From IMG/VR virus record IMGVR_UViG_3300010300_000031, positions 1-39,235 of that record: a stretch of DNA of 39,235 bases; one strand, 5' to 3'. A program made the position numbers and the translations under genes. The first letter of the stretch is position 1. Each line of letters opens with the position of its first letter. This stretch comes from a virus (Duplodnaviria > Caudoviricetes). The notes under the pieces were generated by a model. That model saw only the letters and a list, made by a program, of their open reading frames with translations. It was not told the origin of the DNA and did not search any database. Below, piece by piece: positions 7,370 through 17,184 of the stretch.

Positions 7370-9196
7370 TTATGAGAAGTTGGTTAAATTAGCAAGAACT
7401 GTATAAACACCACTTGCAGTTTTAATTATTGTATAAGTGTATATATCTCTACCACTAGCACCTCCAGTAGAAGGAGCACTTCCACCATTCCAATATTCTG
7501 TTTGACTAGATCCATCTATAGTAAGTTGTGCAGAATATCCAGCAGAAGCAGCAGTTGTAATTAAACTTACAGTGATTGCTTCACCAACTCCCATCACACT
7601 ATTCAATGAAGTGCTAGAGTTATATCTAATATTTGGCGTAGATGTTGTATTTTCTGCCACTGTAAATAAATGAACCATTCCATCTTCAAGATTAATATTT
7701 GTGCTACTACTTAAACGATTAGATACAACATTTACTTTTTCTCTTAATCCACCATCTAAAAATACGCTACCAACAACATGAAGTTTTGCAGTAGGATTAG
7801 CAACACCAACACCAAGATAATCAGAAGCAATCGTAGGAACAATTGTTGTTGTTCCGCTCGCATCAACATTAATTTTTGCAATACCTGAAATATCATTAAC
7901 GGAAAATATAGATCCACTCGAAAGATTATTATTAACAGAGAAAACTTGACCTGAATTTCCCTCCACACTCAGAGTTCCGTTATTTGTCGTATATGATTTA
8001 ATTGTAAGTCTATTTGATGCTGATGCGCTTGTTGGAGAAATTATAGCACAACAAGCAACATGCAATTTAGCTGCAGGAGATGTGATTCCACCAACTCCAA
8101 GATTGAATGAACTGTCGCCTGAAAGCCAATAATTTGTTCCTTGACCAACGACAAATTGACAACTGGCAGTTGTGCTTGGAAAATCAATATCAGCTCCAAT
8201 TGCAACATTAGAATTTCCTGATGTTAAATTACAACCAGCAGATACTCCCAAAAATGTATTGCAACATCCAGTTAAATTGCAACGACCAGCGTTAAATCCA
8301 AGAGCAGAATTGTAATCGCCACCTGTTGTGCAATATAAACTGCTATCTCCTACAGCACTATTATTATTTCCGCTGGTTTGAAATCGTAAAGACTCTTTAC
8401 CAACGGCGACATTATCATTACCTGCACCATTACAATATCCAGAATTTACTCCAAGGAAAACATTACAACACCCACTTGTGTTATATCTACCTGCATTAAT
8501 ACCTAGAAAAGAGTTATTATTTCCTGTTGTTCTTTCTCCAGCATATCTACCAAGAAAAGAATTTCCACTAGCAGTAGTTAAACGATGACCAGAACATCTT
8601 CCAATTGCAACATTATAACAACCACTTGTTATACAATATCCAGATATCTCACCTAAGAATATATTATAATCACCACCAGAACCAAATGATCCACCACCAC
8701 CAGCATTACATCCTATCGCAATATTAAGACATGCAGTTCCAGAAGAAGCATTATAACTTCCACCAGCTCCTGTTCCGCCAAATAAATTTCCATCAGCATC
8801 TTGCGAAAATCCAGCAGAAACTCCTGTAAGACCAGATCCATCACCACTAAAACACGTTGCAGTTAATGTTCCAGTACTAGGTTGAAATGTTAGTTTAGTA
8901 TTAGAAACCTTTACGCCATCATTACCAGTTGTTGCATCTCCAATATGAACATAATGTGTAGAAGTTGATGAAGTATCATTAGTAATTGCAACGTTCGCTG
9001 CATTTGTAGCATCTGTAGCAGAAGCAACACTTCCCGAAGATGTCACATAAGCATTGGAATCAACACTTCCGTCTGCTTTCAAAAATTGAGAACTAGTTCC
9101 AGAAGATTTTACAATTGAAGATGCTGTTATAATCCCAACATTATTTAAGTTGCGATCATCACTAATTACAGTTGTTCCTGCTACCTTGATTGCCAT
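7370..9196 (-). CDS. Tail fibre-like protein with Cys-rich N-x-x-LG-x-x-AG repeats
   Basis: 14-aa repeats, GVG...P.AKLHV segments; TAAATA late-promoter core upstream. Confidence 0.8.
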   Translation of the reverse strand: MAIKVAGTTVISDDRNLNNVGIITASSIVKSSGTSSQFLKADGSVDSNAYVTSSGSVASATDATNAANVAITNDTSSTSTHYVHIGDATTGNDGVKVSNTKLTFQPSTGTLTATCFSGDGSGLTGVSAGFSQDADGNLFGGTGAGGSYNASSGTACLNIAIGCNAGGGGSFGSGGDYNIFLGEISGYCITSGCYNVAIGRCSGHRLTTASGNSFLGRYAGERTTGNNNSFLGINAGRYNTSGCCNVFLGVNSGYCNGAGNDNVAVGKESLRFQTSGNNNSAVGDSSLYCTTGGDYNSALGFNAGRCNLTGCCNTFLGVSAGCNLTSGNSNVAIGADIDFPSTTASCQFVVGQGTNYWLSGDSSFNLGVGGITSPAAKLHVACCAIISPTSASASNRLTIKSYTTNNGTLSVEGNSGQVFSVNNNLSSGSIFSVNDISGIAKINVDASGTTTIVPTIASDYLGVGVANPTAKLHVVGSVFLDGGLREKVNVVSNRLSSSTNINLEDGMVHLFTVAENTTSTPNIRYNSSTSLNSVMGVGEAITVSLITTAASAGYSAQLTIDGSSQTEYWNGGSAPSTGGASGRDIYTYTIIKTASGVYTVLANLTNFS

Positions 9197-9240
9197 CTAC
9201 CGTCCTCGTATACACTGGGTAGTTTTTAGTATTTAGACAA

Positions 9241-12200
9241 TCAGTTTAATTTGGAAAGTTGATCTCTCAGTTCATTAATTTGAGATTGTTGATCTTTAAC
9301 AACTTCAATCAGAAGACCGATTAAACCATTATAATTAACAGTTTTTGGATCAGTATCATTTACAATTTCTGGAATAATTTCTTGAACTTCATCTGCAATA
9401 ACGCCCATCGCTGGTTTGGAATTTTCTAACCAATTAAAAGATACACCACGAAGTTGATTTATCTTCAAAATTGGATCACTAATAGTTGCAATATTTGTCT
9501 TTAGATTTCGATCCGACGTTGTATTGAAATCAGTTGCAGTAACTTCACCAATGACTTGAAGTTTTGTTGTAGGTAAGGCAGTTCCAATACCAACATTAAA
9601 TGAAGAATCTCCTTCAATCCAAGAAGTTCCCCCAGCACCAACAACTAGTTGATGATCTCCAGTTTTAGACCAGGCTTGCTTCATCTGGTCTCCAATAATT
9701 ACATTACCAGATCCACTGGTATGATCTTTTCCTGCACATGAACCCAGGAATGTATTTCGACTTCCCGTTGTTAAAAGACCAGCATCAAATCCAAGGAAAG
9801 TATTGCAACACCCATCTTGATTCGTATATCCAGCACATCTGCCAATTGCAATATTGTAATTTCCTTCATCAATCTGTCTTCCAGAATTATTTCCAAGGAA
9901 GATATTATTAGATCCCGCCCATCCACTTGAAGTTCCACATCCAGACAACGTCCCAAGAGCAATATTATGATCACCCGTGCAAATGTTGCATCCAGCCTGT
10001 TTTCCAACGAAAATATTACAATTACCGTTGTTTATTGAATTTGCACTACCTGCTCCAGCACAATCACCAATGAAAACATTTGATACAGAAACGAAATTAT
10101 TAGATCCAGTTAACGTTCCGAGGAATATATTATTAGTTCCGGTGTTAGTAGAGCATCCAGTATCTCCACGACCAGCACAAGCACCTATGTAAATTGATCC
10201 GCAAGTATTACTTACGCAATCACCACCTACACAAGTTCCCATGAAAATAGAATCGCTATTACAGAAACTGCATATCGCGGCGCCATTACCTATAGCAATG
10301 CTATTGGATGATGCTTGAACACAACACATACTTTGATATCCAATAGCAACGGAACAACTTGATGTTCCATTGAAACATCTCATTGCATTGCATCCAATCG
10401 CAACATCAAATGATCCAGAAGTTCCAGATTGATGATTTCCTTGCCCTAAGAAAACACTTCCACATGTATTATCAAGATGTATTTTTCCGATAACACTTAG
10501 TTTTTCTTGCGGAGCAGTGGAATTAATACCAACATTGTAATCACAATTACCATTAATCCAAGCAGTGGATCCACTACCAACGAGAAGTTGATTACTTCCA
10601 TTTAAAATTGGGAAATTAAGTGATCCACCATTATTACCTAGATATACATTATTACTTCCAGTGCAATTTAAACATCCTGCACCACAACCCAAGAAAACAT
10701 TAGAATTACCACTGGTATTACGTAAACCAGATTGTCTACCTAAAAATGTATTAAAACAAGCATCAACAGATAGACATCCAGAATCATCACCAACGAAAGT
10801 ATTTGAAGATCCATTATTGATATTTGTACCAGATCTTGATCCTAGCATTACATTCCTGGATCCATCATTAATGCCTTGACCTGCTGCCGCACCAATAAGA
10901 ACATTTATTTGAGATGCATTGGAGCATTCACCTGCTTGAGTTCCTAAGAAAACATTATTTCCGAAAGCAGTATGATTATATCCAGATTTACATCCAATAA
11001 AAACGTTGGAATCTCCAGTTGTTAAATTATGACCTGCGCAATTTCCTAAAACAATATTACTTGCACCAGAAGTAATTGAATATGCTGCACAATTTCCAAG
11101 GAATATATTATAAGATCCTGTTGAATCTACAGAACCATATCCTGCACAGAATCCTAAAGAAATATTATTATTTCCAGTAGTTACTCTATAACCAGATTGA
11201 TGCCCAGAGAATACGTTATAACATCCATCAGTATTACAGAATCCACTATATCTTCCTAAAAATACGTTACTATCACCTTCATTTAAATTATATGCGGCAG
11301 AATATCCAATTGCAACGTTAAATCTTCCTTGATTTACTGCAGGATCATATCCACCACCGGAATTTGAACCTGCAAATAAATTGAAATCAGAATCTTCTTT
11401 GAATCCCAATCCAGTCAGATATTGACCATCACCATAATAAGTTACAATACCTGATGCTGCAGTAATAATACCAGAAGAAACTTCAACTGTTCCTAAAGTA
11501 GAAACTCCAGAAACAGAAAGTTGTGTAACAGAAGCAATTCCACCAATAACATCTGTAGTTGTAGAAGCAGAACTTACTGAGAAAGTGGCAGAATTTACCC
11601 ATGTTGGAGAACTTCCAGATCCATTACTTTGAAGAAGATACCCGCTCGTTCCGTTTGTTAACGTAGAAGTAGCATTATTTCCTGTTTGTAGTACTAACTC
11701 ATTTGTAGCATTAATACTTAAATCTGTTGCTAATCCAGCATTTGTTGCTGTTGCAGCATTTCCAGATGTATCTTGATTACCAGAAGTATTAACACCAGGA
11801 AGATCAATGTCTCCTGTTCCGTCAAATGATACTCCACCAATATTTCTAGCAGTTTCTAAAGCCGTTGCTGTTGCAGCATTTCCAGATGTATCTTGATTAC
11901 CAGAAGTATTAACACCAGGAAGATCAATATCAGCAGTTCCGTCAAATGATACTCCACCAATATTTCTAGCAGTTGCTAGTGAAGTTGCAGTTCCTGCATT
12001 TCCATCAAAAGTAGTAGCAGTAATTACTCCTGCACTAAAATTACCACCAGAGTCACGAACAACTATTTTATCTCCTGTATTGGCAGAAGTTGCATCAACA
12101 CCAATTGTTATCGCAGCAGATCCATTATATGTTGTTCCAGAACTATAAGTAACATAATTTCCCTTTGTTAAACTATTACTTACTGCATTTGCTGTTCCAG

Positions 12201-13401
12201 TAAATGTAGTTCCATCAAATGTAGTTCCCGTAAAAGTAGTTCCATTAAAACTTGTTGCAGAAATATTTGTATCTGACATTGTAATGCCAGAACCAACTGC
12301 CAACCTTACTCCACTTTGGAATTCAGTAGTTCCAACACCAAGAGCATAGTTAATTAAAAATGCATCAGTTCCTAATCCACTAAATGCTCCAGCTCGATAC
12401 CATTGTATCTTTTTATATGTTACTGGAAGAGTTTCAATTCCAGCAATAACTAAATCAACTAAAGGTGTTCCTTCTGTAGAAGCAATGGCAATACCACCAC
12501 TATTAGCAGTAATATCTGTAGACGCATCATCACCATCAATATTTGTCGTATATCCGACAATAACATCTGGGTTTGTAGTTCTCAGAATTGTTTCGGTGAC
12601 AAAAGCAGTTGTTCCACCAAGAGTAATATTTCCAGATACATTCAAATTTGAATTGACCTGCAAATCTCCAGCAATTGTCGGATTTCCAGGTATTGATGTA
12701 TTATTGGCTAGTGAAATTGTTGGTGTTGAACCTTCTCCAGTTCCACCAGTTACATCAATTTGACCAGCAGTTCCTGTAATAGAATCGACATAATCACCAG
12801 TCGTATCCGATCCTAAACCAACTTGTGCAATAATTGTTGCACCAATTCCTGAAGAACTTGCAATTAATCCACTTCCAAAATTAACAATTGAAACGCTATC
12901 CGCTGTTCCAACAGTAGATCCATCTTCTTGGATTGTAATACCACCAAAAGATCCAGAAGCAGCACTTACATCACTCCATATTGGAGCAGATCCACTCCAA
13001 AGAATAATTTGACCAGTTGATGCTGAGCTAGCGTCTAAAAATGTTGTTGTATCTGCAGCAGATTGATATGGTATATCTCCAGTATCTCCTCCTTTTATAT
13101 TTGTCGAAATACCTGCATCAGTTGCAAATCCTGCAAAAGAAGCATAAGTAGAGAATCCAGCTGTTGTTGCAAAAGCTGCTGCTTCTGCTGCTTTTGCATC
13201 AATGATATCAATAATATTTTCACCGTTTGCATAAATTGCAGTAGCACTTAAAATACCAGTAGAACCAAAAAATAAAATTGACGTTCCAATTCCAACAGTA
13301 TACTGAGTCTCAGAAACTAGGGTATTAATTCCTATAAAGTTACTGTCTTCATCAAAGTTTAAAACCGACCCAAATTGAGAGAGCTCTCTGTTGTTAGTCA
13401 T
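9241..13401 (-). CDS. Tail fibre with C-terminal S74 intramolecular chaperone
   Basis: C-terminus TSDRNLKTNI...GVIADEV...VNYNGLIGLLIEVVKD plus coiled coil; beta-repeat region with many Cys. Confidence 0.88.
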   Translation of the reverse strand: MTNNRELSQFGSVLNFDEDSNFIGINTLVSETQYTVGIGTSILFFGSTGILSATAIYANGENIIDIIDAKAAEAAAFATTAGFSTYASFAGFATDAGISTNIKGGDTGDIPYQSAADTTTFLDASSASTGQIILWSGSAPIWSDVSAASGSFGGITIQEDGSTVGTADSVSIVNFGSGLIASSSGIGATIIAQVGLGSDTTGDYVDSITGTAGQIDVTGGTGEGSTPTISLANNTSIPGNPTIAGDLQVNSNLNVSGNITLGGTTAFVTETILRTTNPDVIVGYTTNIDGDDASTDITANSGGIAIASTEGTPLVDLVIAGIETLPVTYKKIQWYRAGAFSGLGTDAFLINYALGVGTTEFQSGVRLAVGSGITMSDTNISATSFNGTTFTGTTFDGTTFTGTANAVSNSLTKGNYVTYSSGTTYNGSAAITIGVDATSANTGDKIVVRDSGGNFSAGVITATTFDGNAGTATSLATARNIGGVSFDGTADIDLPGVNTSGNQDTSGNAATATALETARNIGGVSFDGTGDIDLPGVNTSGNQDTSGNAATATNAGLATDLSINATNELVLQTGNNATSTLTNGTSGYLLQSNGSGSSPTWVNSATFSVSSASTTTDVIGGIASVTQLSVSGVSTLGTVEVSSGIITAASGIVTYYGDGQYLTGLGFKEDSDFNLFAGSNSGGGYDPAVNQGRFNVAIGYSAAYNLNEGDSNVFLGRYSGFCNTDGCYNVFSGHQSGYRVTTGNNNISLGFCAGYGSVDSTGSYNIFLGNCAAYSITSGASNIVLGNCAGHNLTTGDSNVFIGCKSGYNHTAFGNNVFLGTQAGECSNASQINVLIGAAAGQGINDGSRNVMLGSRSGTNINNGSSNTFVGDDSGCLSVDACFNTFLGRQSGLRNTSGNSNVFLGCGAGCLNCTGSNNVYLGNNGGSLNFPILNGSNQLLVGSGSTAWINGNCDYNVGINSTAPQEKLSVIGKIHLDNTCGSVFLGQGNHQSGTSGSFDVAIGCNAMRCFNGTSSCSVAIGYQSMCCVQASSNSIAIGNGAAICSFCNSDSIFMGTCVGGDCVSNTCGSIYIGACAGRGDTGCSTNTGTNNIFLGTLTGSNNFVSVSNVFIGDCAGAGSANSINNGNCNIFVGKQAGCNICTGDHNIALGTLSGCGTSSGWAGSNNIFLGNNSGRQIDEGNYNIAIGRCAGYTNQDGCCNTFLGFDAGLLTTGSRNTFLGSCAGKDHTSGSGNVIIGDQMKQAWSKTGDHQLVVGAGGTSWIEGDSSFNVGIGTALPTTKLQVIGEVTATDFNTTSDRNLKTNIATISDPILKINQLRGVSFNWLENSKPAMGVIADEVQEIIPEIVNDTDPKTVNYNGLIGLLIEVVKDQQSQINELRDQLSKLN
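11744..11974. repeat. Near-perfect 120-bp tandem duplication in the tail fibre gene
   Basis: Lines 11761/11881 and 11821/11941 are nearly identical; encodes TARNIGGVSFDGT.DIDLPGVNTSGNQDTSGNAATAT twice. Confidence 0.92.
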
Positions 13402-13456
13402 CGCTTAAAATATCGTACTTTTTTGGTTATCTATAAAGATATTTATGTGAAAGGTA

Positions 13457-14695
13457 TTATCCATATTGAAGATCAATTGCATCATAAAGAGTGTAAACCT
13501 GTGGAGTATCATAAATGTATGCTGATCCTTGATTATTAAAACCAATATTATCAAGACGAGCACCAACAACGATCTTACCGGATCCTGCTGCGACTGAGTA
13601 TCCAAAATTATCACCAGAAGCACCATTAGAGGCAGTAATAATTTCTAGTTGATTGCCATCTAGATCATAAATGTATGCTGCTCCTTTATTGGAATTAACA
13701 TCCCCACTACAACCAACAACGATCCTACCGGATCCTACTGCGACTGGCCATCCAAATTTATCATCAGCAGAACCATCAGAAGCAGTTATTTTAACTTCAT
13801 TGGTTCCATCTAGATTATAAATGTATGCTGAACCAGAATCACTACCATTATCATTATCAAAAGGAGCACCAACAACGATCCTACCGGATCCTACTGCGAC
13901 TGATCTTCCAAATTGATCACCAGCAAAATTATCAGAAGCAGTTATTTTAACTTCATTGGTTCCATCTAGATCATAAATGTATGCTGATCCAGAGGCACTA
14001 CCATTATCATCATCACCATAAGAACCAACAACAATTTTACCGGATCCTACTGCGACTGAAAATCCAAAAAAATCACTAGCAGCACCATCAGATGCTCTGA
14101 TTTTAACTTCATTGGTTCCATCTAGATCATAAATGTATGCTGATCCAGAGGCATTACCATTATCATCATCAAAAAATGCACCAACAACAATTTTACCGGA
14201 TCCTACTGCGACTGACCATCCAAAATAATCACCAGCAGTACCATCAGAGGCAGTAATAATTCCTAATTGGTTACCATTTAGGTCAAAGATGTATGCTGAT
14301 CCAGTTAAATTACCATTATAATCATCACCATAAGCACCAACAACAATCCTACCGGATCCTACTGCGACTGACCATCCAAAATTATCACCACCAGCACCAT
14401 CAGAAGCAAGTATTTTTTTATTCTCAGTAGTTCCAATACCAGCATTGATATTATAAATGTATGCTGATCCAGAACCAGCACCATTATCATCATCAGCATA
14501 AGCACCAACAACGATCCTACCGGATCCTACTGCAACTGAGTTTCCAAAATAATCATCATCAGCAGCATCAGATGCTTTAATTTTAAACTCATTTGATGGA
14601 ATAGTAGTTACATCACCACTTTCCCACATATAAGGAACACCATTATCAGTATATGCTGCTCTGATAGCAGTTCCTACACCAACTTTGAAAGTCAT
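13457..14695 (-). CDS. FG-GAP (integrin-alpha-like) beta-propeller protein, paralog 1
   Basis: Seven repeats of ASDG...D.FG.SVAVGSG.IVVGA...GSAYIYD. Confidence 0.9.
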   Translation of the reverse strand: MTFKVGVGTAIRAAYTDNGVPYMWESGDVTTIPSNEFKIKASDAADDDYFGNSVAVGSGRIVVGAYADDDNGAGSGSAYIYNINAGIGTTENKKILASDGAGGDNFGWSVAVGSGRIVVGAYGDDYNGNLTGSAYIFDLNGNQLGIITASDGTAGDYFGWSVAVGSGKIVVGAFFDDDNGNASGSAYIYDLDGTNEVKIRASDGAASDFFGFSVAVGSGKIVVGSYGDDDNGSASGSAYIYDLDGTNEVKITASDNFAGDQFGRSVAVGSGRIVVGAPFDNDNGSDSGSAYIYNLDGTNEVKITASDGSADDKFGWPVAVGSGRIVVGCSGDVNSNKGAAYIYDLDGNQLEIITASNGASGDNFGYSVAAGSGKIVVGARLDNIGFNNQGSAYIYDTPQVYTLYDAIDLQYG

Positions 14696-14698
14696 TTA

Positions 14699-15928
14699 TT
14701 ATCTCCCATCTAGTTGATCTAAAAAATGTGTTTGTTTTGGAGTATCATAAATGTAAGCTGATCCTTGAGTATTAACTGCAACATCTCTAGAACCAACAAC
14801 AATTTTACCGGATCCTACTGCGACTGATTGTCCAAAATAATCACTAGCAGCACCATTAGAAGCAGTAATAATTCCTAGTTGATTGCCATCAAGATCAAAG
14901 ATGTATGCTGATCCTTGATTATTATTAGAACCAATATCATCATAACGAGCACCAACAACGATTCTACCGTTTCCTACTGCAACTGAGATTCCAAAATTAT
15001 CACCAGGATTACCATCAGAAGCAGTAATAATTCCTAATTGATTACCATTTAGGTCAAAGATGTATGCTGATCCCTGATTACCATTAGAACCAACATCATG
15101 ACTATAAGCACCAACAACGATCCTACCACATCCCACTGCGACTGAGTTTCCAAAAAGATCTGTAGCACTACCATCAGAAGCAGTAATAATTCCTAATTGG
15201 TTACCATTTAGGTCAAAGATGTATGCTGATCCTTGAGCAACATTAGAACCAACATCATCAGCAATAGCACCAACAACGATCCTACCGGATCCTACTGCAA
15301 CTGAGAATCCAAAAAAATCACCAGCAGCACCATCAGAAGCAGTAATAATTCCTAGTTGATTACCATTAAGGTCAAAGATGTATGCTGATCCTTGAGCATT
15401 ATTAGAACCAACATCATCAGAAGGAGCTCCAACAACGATCCTACCGGATCCTACTGCAACTGAGTATCCAAATTCACCACCAGCAGCAACATCAGAAGCA
15501 GTAATAATTCCTAGTTGATTGCCATTAAGATCAAAGATGTATGCTGATCCTTGATTATTATTTTGAGAAGCACCAACAACGATCCTACCGGATCCTGCTG
15601 CAACTGAGTCTCCAAAATGATCATTAGCAGCACCATCAGAAGCAAGTATTTTTTTATTCTCAGTAGTTCCAATACCAGCATTGATATCATAAATGTATGC
15701 TGATCCTTGATCAGCATTAGAACCAACAACATCATTACGAGCACCAACAACGATCTTACCGGATCCTACTGCAACTGAGGCTCCAAAATCATCCCCAGCA
15801 GCACCATCAGAAGCAGTTATAATGCCAACCTCAGAAGAATAGATATTCGTACTAAACCCAGTTGTTCCTATAAAAAAAGAATTGTTATCAACGATAATAC
15901 TATTATTCGTTTTAAATGCAAAAGACAT
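14699..15928 (-). CDS. FG-GAP beta-propeller protein, paralog 2
   Basis: Seven repeats of the same family with DLNGNQLGIITAS linkers. Confidence 0.9.
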   Translation of the reverse strand: MSFAFKTNNSIIVDNNSFFIGTTGFSTNIYSSEVGIITASDGAAGDDFGASVAVGSGKIVVGARNDVVGSNADQGSAYIYDINAGIGTTENKKILASDGAANDHFGDSVAAGSGRIVVGASQNNNQGSAYIFDLNGNQLGIITASDVAAGGEFGYSVAVGSGRIVVGAPSDDVGSNNAQGSAYIFDLNGNQLGIITASDGAAGDFFGFSVAVGSGRIVVGAIADDVGSNVAQGSAYIFDLNGNQLGIITASDGSATDLFGNSVAVGCGRIVVGAYSHDVGSNGNQGSAYIFDLNGNQLGIITASDGNPGDNFGISVAVGNGRIVVGARYDDIGSNNNQGSAYIFDLDGNQLGIITASNGAASDYFGQSVAVGSGKIVVGSRDVAVNTQGSAYIYDTPKQTHFLDQLDGR

Positions 15929-15941
15929 ACTTCACATTTTT

Positions 15942-17180
15942 CTAGTATTTATAGGTTTCCAAGATCTCATCAAAATATGAACTTTGATCTTGTGGTAAAT
16001 TAAAAATGTATGCTGATCCAGATTCATTACCATTGTCATCATCACGAGAAGCACCAACAACGATCCTACCAGATCCTGCTGCAACTGAGTATCCAAACCA
16101 GTCAACAGCAGCACCATCAGAAGCAGTTATTTTAACTTCATTGGTTCCATCTAGATCATAAATGTATGCTGATCCAGATGCACCACCATTATCATCATCA
16201 GCATAAGCACCAACAACGATCTTACTGGATCCTACTGCAACTGATCTTCCAAAATTATCATTAGCAGCACCATCAGAAGCAGTAATAATTCCTAATTGAT
16301 TACCATTTAGGTCAAAGATGTATGCTGATCCTTGATTATTATTAGATCCAATATCATTAAAAGGAGAGCTAACAACGATCCTACCGCTTCCTAATGCAAC
16401 TGAGAATCCAAATTGATCATCAGCAGCACCATCAGAAGCAGTAATAATTCCTAATTGATTACCATTTAGGTCAAAGATGTATGCTGATCCTTGATTATTA
16501 TTAGAACCAACCTCATGAAAAGGAGCACCAACAACAATTCTTCCATTTCCTACTGCAACTGAATATCCAAAAGAATCACCATTAGCACCATCAGAAGCAG
16601 TAATAATTCCTAATTGATTACCATCAAGATCAAAGACGTATGCCGATCCCTGATTAACATTAGAACCAACATCATCAAGATAAGCACCAACAACGATCCT
16701 ACCACATCCTACTGCAACTGACGATCCAAAACGATCATCAGCAGCACCATTAGAAGCAGTAATAATTCCTAATTGATTGCCATCAAGGTCAAAGATGTAT
16801 GCTGATCCTTGATTAAGATTAGAACCAATATCATCATTACGAGCACCAATAACGATTCTACCGTTTCCTACTGCGACTGAGAATCCAAATTGATCATCAG
16901 CAGCACCATCAGAAGCAGTAATAATTCCTAATTGGTTACCATTAAGATCAAAGATGTATGCTGATCCTTGATCAGCATTAGAACCAACATTATGACCATA
17001 AGCACCAGCAACGATCCTACCGGATCCTACTGCGACTGAGTATCCAAAAAAATCATTAGCAGCACCATCAGAAGCAAGTATTTTTTTATTCTCAGTAGTT
17101 CCAACTCCAACTCTAGAAAAAGACTCATGAACATAAGTTCCATAATCAATAACAGTTGTAACTCCAACTTTAAAAGTCAT
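15942..17180 (-). CDS. FG-GAP beta-propeller protein, paralog 3
   Basis: Seven repeats, a mosaic of the paralog 1 and paralog 2 repeat types. Confidence 0.9.
   Translation of the reverse strand: MTFKVGVTTVIDYGTYVHESFSRVGVGTTENKKILASDGAANDFFGYSVAVGSGRIVAGAYGHNVGSNADQGSAYIFDLNGNQLGIITASDGAADDQFGFSVAVGNGRIVIGARNDDIGSNLNQGSAYIFDLDGNQLGIITASNGAADDRFGSSVAVGCGRIVVGAYLDDVGSNVNQGSAYVFDLDGNQLGIITASDGANGDSFGYSVAVGNGRIVVGAPFHEVGSNNNQGSAYIFDLNGNQLGIITASDGAADDQFGFSVALGSGRIVVSSPFNDIGSNNNQGSAYIFDLNGNQLGIITASDGAANDNFGRSVAVGSSKIVVGAYADDDNGGASGSAYIYDLDGTNEVKITASDGAAVDWFGYSVAAGSGRIVVGASRDDDNGNESGSAYIFNLPQDQSSYFDEILETYKY
15946..15953 (-). promoter_or_regulatory. T4-type late promoter
   Basis: Exact TATAAATA within the last codons of paralog 3, just upstream of paralog 2. 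Confidence 0.65.
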
Positions 17181-17184
17181 TTTT

